A DNA stretch of 29,881 nucleotides from a virus (Duplodnaviria; Caudoviricetes): positions 1 to 29,881 of the IMG/VR virus record IMGVR_UViG_3300020044_006114; one strand, written 5' to 3'. Under the pieces are notes generated by a model. It made no database searches. It was not told the DNA's origin and saw nothing but the letters and a program-made list of their open reading frames with translations. A program made the position numbers and the translations under genes. Shown here piece by piece: positions 24,877 through 29,881 of the stretch; position 1 is the first letter of the stretch; each line of letters opens with the position of its first letter.

Positions 24877-25428
24877 TTACGAATTCACAACGGTAATACC
24901 CGTAAAATTGTCGAAAGGAACCGAAGTGTACGGCTCGAGGAAATCAGGTTGTCCCGGTTCCTGAGCGTTCAATGTGAACTGATATCCGTTCAAATCGCCT
25001 TTCGCCTTACCCGATTGGTAAGAACCAGTTGTAAGGAAAGCGCCGTCGGTACGTCCTACGCAAACGATTTGATCGTCGTATAGTTGAACGAAAACGATGA
25101 GCTTCGCTTTCGACATATTCTCAAGTTCTTTTTTCTTAGCGTTTGAAAGTTTACCGAGAGTAATCTCAACGCTTTGGTCGTAGTATAACGTTCCGTTTTC
25201 GAGGTTCGCAGTAGGTACAACGGTAACGGCTCCAGTATTGCGGTTAGGCTGATATTGGAAAACGTCAACACTTCCCGACGTACCCGGTAGGCCGTCGATA
25301 AGGCCCGTTGCTGGGTCGATTGTGATGCCACTTGAGAAAAATTCCCAATTAGCAATATATACGTTTTTTACCCCGCCGACCCCTTCGTTGCACTCGAGCA
25401 AAAAACCGTGTTCTAATAAACAAGCCAT
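24877..25428 (-). CDS. Major tail (tube) protein
   Basis: MAC.......C..GVGGVK..YI, ENGTLYYDQ and GDLNGY motifs; follows the capsid gene. Confidence 0.72.
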   Translation of the reverse strand: MACLLEHGFLLECNEGVGGVKNVYIANWEFFSSGITIDPATGLIDGLPGTSGSVDVFQYQPNRNTGAVTVVPTANLENGTLYYDQSVEITLGKLSNAKKKELENMSKAKLIVFVQLYDDQIVCVGRTDGAFLTTGSYQSGKAKGDLNGYQFTLNAQEPGQPDFLEPYTSVPFDNFTGITVVNS

Positions 25429-25442
25429 TGTATTATATTTTT

Positions 25443-25468
25443 AAAATGGGGGATTTTACACCCCCGTT
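25443..25468 (-). terminator. Hairpin/terminator after the capsid gene
   Basis: GGGGG-TGTAAAAT-CCCCC-ATTTT on the minus strand. Confidence 0.6.
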
Positions 25469-25476
25469 AATATTAA

Positions 25477-26376
25477 TTAGAACCAAGTACCGTAAGCGGC
25501 AATCTCGTTACCGATACCGAATTGGCAACCAGCGTAAAACTTAGCTGAGAAACGAACATTGTCCTCAGCGAATTGGCCCATATCTACGACCTGAATGTTA
25601 TTCCAGTCACCGAGAATGTTTGTACCGAACCAAAGATTCGACTTTTGAGCCATAACGATAGTGTCATCAGGCATACCGGGACAAATCGCCAACTGATAAC
25701 CTAAATAAGATTTAGGCATCTCAGGGCCGCCGTAAGTATACCAACCATTACCCGCCGCCGCGCTTGCTTGCATAAATGCCTCCCAAACGTTTTGAGCGAT
25801 GTAGATAACTGGCTTTTCAGTTGAGCGCTTTACCGCCGTTGGGCAATCAGCAACCGTCAAAGCGATTTTAGCGATTACGTTCGAAGCGTCGATAGCAACT
25901 GGAGTCGCTACGAAATTAACGCCCGAGCCGCCCGCGTTCATAAGAGTCAAAAGTCCATCGTACTCGCCCGCAGTTGCGTTAACGCCCGTCCAAAGAATCT
26001 CCTCGTTCTTTGCCGCGATTCCCTCGAGCATATTCGCGATGAGAGTCTCGGCCAATGCTGGCTCGAGCTCGCCGTCTTGAACATAACCCGCGCCCCAGTC
26101 AGCGAGGAAAGTGTTTTTACACAAGTTGCGTTGAACTTGGAATTTTTCAAGTGTTAATGTGCGCTCGGTAATTGTAACCGTGCCAAGTGGTGTAAAGTCA
26201 CAAGTCGGAGCCTCGAAAGTGATGTTATCAACGAGTTTTTTTACAACCGCTTTGTAATCGATATTCTCTTTTACGGTAACGTGTTGAAGTGATTCGTTGG
26301 CGAGGAACGCCGCCTTAATGTACTCACCCGCGTATTTACCCGCGTAGGTAGTAGTTAAACTTGTGGTAGTTGCCAT
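25477..26376 (-). CDS. Major capsid protein, 299 aa
   Basis: TTTYAGKYAGEYI, CDFTPLGTVTITERTL and SNLWFGT motifs; follows protease and scaffold. Confidence 0.82.
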   Translation of the reverse strand: MATTTSLTTTYAGKYAGEYIKAAFLANESLQHVTVKENIDYKAVVKKLVDNITFEAPTCDFTPLGTVTITERTLTLEKFQVQRNLCKNTFLADWGAGYVQDGELEPALAETLIANMLEGIAAKNEEILWTGVNATAGEYDGLLTLMNAGGSGVNFVATPVAIDASNVIAKIALTVADCPTAVKRSTEKPVIYIAQNVWEAFMQASAAAGNGWYTYGGPEMPKSYLGYQLAICPGMPDDTIVMAQKSNLWFGTNILGDWNNIQVVDMGQFAEDNVRFSAKFYAGCQFGIGNEIAAYGTWF

Positions 26377-26386
26377 TTCTTTTTAA

Positions 26387-26989
26387 TTATTTGATATTTT
26401 CAATGTTCTTAATGATGCGCTCGCGAAGTGTCATTTGAGCGAACGACTTGTCCTTTTTATCAGCGCCCAAAACGACGCGCTTTTGCTCTTTTACAGATGG
26501 CGCGGCGGGTTGCTTGCGGAGTGAACTCAATTCGGTTTTAGTCGACTTAAGTTGCGCCGATAGTTCCTCGATTTTATCCTCAGCTTTAGTAAGCTCGGTG
26601 TTTAACGAGTTATTAGTTCCCTCAAGTGAAGCCACGCGCTCGGTTAGTTTCTCGATCGCGGTTAGCAAATCGTCCGAACTCATTTCGGTTTCCTCGAGCT
26701 CAGGGAGGCCCATTTCGGCAATCATTCCCATCTCGTTAACGTCGATAAATTCGCCAGTCTCGAGCTCGTAACGGCCCATAGCGGCGGGAACTTTATTCCC
26801 CTCCTCGTCTTTTGTGTAGACATCGACACCAATCGCAAACGATTCGGCGCTGGTGAAAATCGGAGTGCCGTCCTTCAAACGTGCCTCGACCTCAAGATTA
26901 ACCTCGGTTTCAAGGTCGATGCCATACGCTTTCGGATCGACCGAAAACTTTTGGAAAATCGCCTTTATTGATTCTTTCAAATTACTCAT
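26387..26989 (-). CDS. Capsid scaffolding protein
   Basis: Acidic; LKDGT...GRYELETG domain followed by a coiled coil; between protease and capsid. Confidence 0.7.
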   Translation of the reverse strand: MSNLKESIKAIFQKFSVDPKAYGIDLETEVNLEVEARLKDGTPIFTSAESFAIGVDVYTKDEEGNKVPAAMGRYELETGEFIDVNEMGMIAEMGLPELEETEMSSDDLLTAIEKLTERVASLEGTNNSLNTELTKAEDKIEELSAQLKSTKTELSSLRKQPAAPSVKEQKRVVLGADKKDKSFAQMTLRERIIKNIENIK

Positions 26990-27035
26990 TGTAAAAGTGC
27001 TTTACCGAAAAAACGGAGTTGTTGACACTTTCCCC

Positions 27036-27068
27036 AAAACAAAAGAGCCCCCACGTTTGGAGGCCCTT
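27036..27068 (-). terminator. Intrinsic terminator after the protease gene
   Basis: AAGGGCCTCCA-AACG-TGGGGGCTCTT-TTGTTTT on the minus strand. Confidence 0.75.
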
Positions 27069-27101
27069 CGCTTTAAATAATTACACAGAACCAAAACATA
27101 A

Positions 27102-27689
27102 TCAGATAACCACAGAACTAATCATTTTTTCTATTTCACTCAATAACTCATTTTCGACATTTACGGCGCTCATCGACACGGCCACCTCTTGAAAATGTCC
27201 CTCAATTGAAAACCCTTTTACGTTACCCTCTTTTACCTCGTTCCAAATTTCGTCATCGGTAACATTTAGGCCAACAACCCACGAACCAACCGGGGCCGAT
27301 AACCCGAAATGGTAGGCTTTATCTTGCTCACCCTCGATAACCCAGCTCTCGACAACGGGGCAACCCATAACCGAAAATTCGTGCTCGAGAGTGGTATTGT
27401 GTTGTAGGTTTTTTTTTAGGTATAAGTGAGCGCACTTTTCAACCGTCTCGGAATCGAAGTACATATAATATTCCTCGCCCGTGTTTTTGTCGATGCGGAA
27501 AATATACTTATTCGGAATCAGCGCGGGGCCGTATAACATACGACGTTCTTTGTTTACCGCCGCTAACTTAACCTCACTCAGCGCGACGAAATTTTCCTCA
27601 ATGGCGGGGAATTCAACGAGTGATATTGCACCGACCCCGAGCTTACCGCTCTCGTCGATTACACACTTAACAATTTTCTTTTTTTCCAT
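27102..27689 (-). CDS. XkdF-like prohead serine protease
   Basis: AISLVEFPAIE, GPALIPNK, TLEH, VESW, GSW and KGFSIEG motifs. Confidence 0.85.
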   Translation of the reverse strand: MEKKKIVKCVIDESGKLGVGAISLVEFPAIEENFVALSEVKLAAVNKERRMLYGPALIPNKYIFRIDKNTGEEYYMYFDSETVEKCAHLYLKKNLQHNTTLEHEFSVMGCPVVESWVIEGEQDKAYHFGLSAPVGSWVVGLNVTDDEIWNEVKEGNVKGFSIEGHFQEVAVSMSAVNVENELLSEIEKMISSVVI

Positions 27690-27696
27690 AGTTGTA

Positions 27697-29808
27697 TTAT
27701 AAACGGCTCAAGTCCTCAACTTTCGCCCTCGCCTCCATACTCGAGGCAATATCGCTCGATAGAACATAGGCGGGTTGGATTTGTTGGGGTTGGTTAAAAT
27801 TCAATGCTGATAGCGGGTTAAATTCAGGTGCCCCACTCGATGCCACGCCCGTAGACGAAAGCCCACCGCCGCCGCTATTTGAGCCACCCGAGGGGGCGGG
27901 ACTGCTAAAAGTGGTCGCCTTAATCTTGGCAATATTCGCCAAGCCAGCGGCAACGGCCGCCGCCGCCGCGATGAAACCGCGAGCAACCGAAGTAGGGTCA
28001 CCCGGTATGACTTGCGATGCATAGGCCGCCGTAGCACTTTGATATGTAGCGACGCCCGCCTGAGCGATTTGTAAAGCTTTGTTACGTTGGAACGCTTTCT
28101 TTTGGCTCGCCTCCGATTTACCCGCGAATAATTCATTTAACGAGCTCAAAGTGGCGAGGCCGTCTTGAGTCGATTTCGTAATCATATCGCTCGTGGCCAT
28201 AAACGCGTCTAGCTTATCTTTTTGCGCCTTTTCATCGGCCGCCTTTTCAGCGTCGCGGTAATCCTGATTAATCTTTTCGAGCTCGGCCGTCCGTTGCTTT
28301 TCGAGATCGGCCGTTAGTTGCGCGTTGCCTTTAGCGAGTAAAAGTTTCGCGTCGTAATCGGCTACTAAATCCTGAGTGGCCTTTTGACGTGCGGCCTCAT
28401 TTGCCGAAAGGTTTTTTAAACGTAACTCTTGAGTGAGTGCGAATTGAGCGTCCTCGCGTGCGATACGTTCTTCGTTTGCTTTCGCGGCCGCCGCTTGTTC
28501 GTTGGCTAATTTTATGGCATCTTGCTCGGCCAGCGTGGCGAGCTCTTGTTCAAAGTAACGATCACGAATGGCTTGGGACTCGACTCGCTCTTGCTCAATT
28601 ATTTGCTTTTGTAAATCCTTATTGCCGCCCGCCTTCTCTTGTAGCTGCTGATATTTTAACGCGACTTGCCTTAACTCTTTTTCCTCGGCTGATAACGTGG
28701 CTTGGAATTGTTCCTCGCGACTCGCGGTAATTGCGTCCGTTACCTCTTTTTCGCGTGCCTTAATTTCAGCCGCACGTTGGGCCGCACGTTGACGCGCCGC
28801 CGCCGCCGCTTGCTCAGCCGCGCGAGCCTCATCGGCTATCCTCTTTTCCTCAGCCGCCGCCGCATCATTGCGCGCCTTTTCAACCTCGCCCGCCTCTCGC
28901 TCGGCCGCTGAAATTGCGAACTCGGTATTTTCATCGATTAACTTTTGACGTTGCTCGAGTTGCTTTTCGGTTAACTTAACGCCCGTTGCCTCTTGGTTGT
29001 TTATCTGATTTATCAGCGCGTTATTATCGTCGATGCGCTTTTGCTGAAATTGTGCATTAACCGCGTCGACATCTTGCCCCGTTTCCTTGGCTTTCGCAAC
29101 TGCTAAACGTCGCTGATTATCGAGCTCCTTGTTAACCCGCTCTTTATTGCCGATAGCCTTATCAATAGCATCCCCCGCCGCGATGGCAGTCAACCCGATT
29201 GCGTCGGTGAAACCGACGACTAAATCCTTAACAAAACCTATCGCGTCACCTATCGCCCTAAATGCAATTCCCACGGCGGGAATAGCCTCGGCCAATTTCG
29301 AAAAGTTGGTAACGATTAACGCTATAACCCCGCCAATTAAAAAAATAGGATTCGTTAAAAGCGCTTTACCTAAATTCAAAATGGATTTACCGAAAGCATT
29401 GCCGCCCTCAGTTGCACCCGAAAAATTTAGACCTTTAATATTTTTAGCGAGGCCATTAATCGAATCGCCAGCGCCCGCGAAATCGAGCGAGCCGAGACGG
29501 CTTTGAAGATTACGAAGATTATTCCCCGCACTCTCGAAAGCGGGCCCCGCGTTGGCTCCGATTTCCTCGTTAAAATCCTTTTGCGCGTCCTTTAATTGCT
29601 CGAGTCGAGTCTTGAGCGCGAGGTACTCGTCGGAGGTTTTCGGAAGCGTGGTCGTTTGGAGCTCATTGGTTAACTCCTTAATTTGTTGGCGGAAATTTTT
29701 TGTCGATTCGCCCGCCTTATTTACCGAAGTGCCGAGTTTATCAATATTCTGTACTGCCCCCTCCGAATCGGTGGTTACGGTTATAAGTATGTTAGAATTC
29801 TCAGCCAT
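27697..29808 (-). CDS. Tape measure protein, 703 aa (start ATG 29808)
   Basis: Long Ala/Glu/Lys/Gln helical protein with hydrophobic TNPIFLIGGVIALIV and C-terminal QPAYVLSSDI. Confidence 0.82.
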   Translation of the reverse strand: MAENSNILITVTTDSEGAVQNIDKLGTSVNKAGESTKNFRQQIKELTNELQTTTLPKTSDEYLALKTRLEQLKDAQKDFNEEIGANAGPAFESAGNNLRNLQSRLGSLDFAGAGDSINGLAKNIKGLNFSGATEGGNAFGKSILNLGKALLTNPIFLIGGVIALIVTNFSKLAEAIPAVGIAFRAIGDAIGFVKDLVVGFTDAIGLTAIAAGDAIDKAIGNKERVNKELDNQRRLAVAKAKETGQDVDAVNAQFQQKRIDDNNALINQINNQEATGVKLTEKQLEQRQKLIDENTEFAISAAEREAGEVEKARNDAAAAEEKRIADEARAAEQAAAAARQRAAQRAAEIKAREKEVTDAITASREEQFQATLSAEEKELRQVALKYQQLQEKAGGNKDLQKQIIEQERVESQAIRDRYFEQELATLAEQDAIKLANEQAAAAKANEERIAREDAQFALTQELRLKNLSANEAARQKATQDLVADYDAKLLLAKGNAQLTADLEKQRTAELEKINQDYRDAEKAADEKAQKDKLDAFMATSDMITKSTQDGLATLSSLNELFAGKSEASQKKAFQRNKALQIAQAGVATYQSATAAYASQVIPGDPTSVARGFIAAAAAVAAGLANIAKIKATTFSSPAPSGGSNSGGGGLSSTGVASSGAPEFNPLSALNFNQPQQIQPAYVLSSDIASSMEARAKVEDLSRL

Positions 29809-29881
29809 TAAAGAAAGCAAATATTAAGTAAGCAACGAACCCCCACCATATCGCAAAGCATCCCCATTTTAAGGCGTAATA
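29761..29881. repeat. Terminal direct repeat, copy 2
   Basis: Identical to 1..121. Confidence 0.97.

Noticed and set aside
1-29760. Integrase, tRNA, CRISPR array or alternative genetic code
   Set aside because: None recognised; long ORFs tile the genome in the standard code and use all three stop codons.
22894-29827. + strand ORFs opposite the portal, scaffold, protease and tape measure genes
   Set aside because: Antisense shadows with Ser-rich composition typical of reverse-complement frames.

Overview
Apparently complete, circularly assembled genome (29,760 bp unique plus a 121-bp terminal overlap) of a siphovirus-like tailed phage. The host is most likely Bacteroidota, judged from TTTG-N20/21-TAnnTTTG promoters, AT-rich starts without Shine-Dalgarno motifs and the gene families present. 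The + strand arm (11.6-20.7 kb) carries an HTH regulator, a DnaA-domain-IV-like protein, the large terminase, a Rad52/Sak-like SSAP, a YqaJ exonuclease, a replication initiator with an internal iteron-like origin, DnaB, NinG and an SSB-like protein. The - strand arm, read across the join, carries a sigma factor, ParB-methyltransferase, TerS, tail chaperone, tail genes, tape measure, XkdF-like protease, scaffold, capsid, major tail, portal-MuF-like fusion, adaptor and a lysis cassette. No integrase, tRNA or CRISPR array was recognised. Main observations: (1) all 30 GATC sites found by eye overlap a CpG, pointing to methylation-shielded restriction avoidance; (2) four dispersed ~55-aa paralogs share a C-terminal (E/D)LyxLTxxxI(Y/F) motif; (3) a leader-peptide/pseudoknot RNA element sits in front of the replication initiator; (4) two slippery sites, one giving tail chaperone G/GT and one possibly giving short portal versus portal-MuF; (5) TerL lies on the opposite strand to all other morphogenesis genes and is followed by DnaA boxes. 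All calls come from motif recognition by eye, with no database searches.
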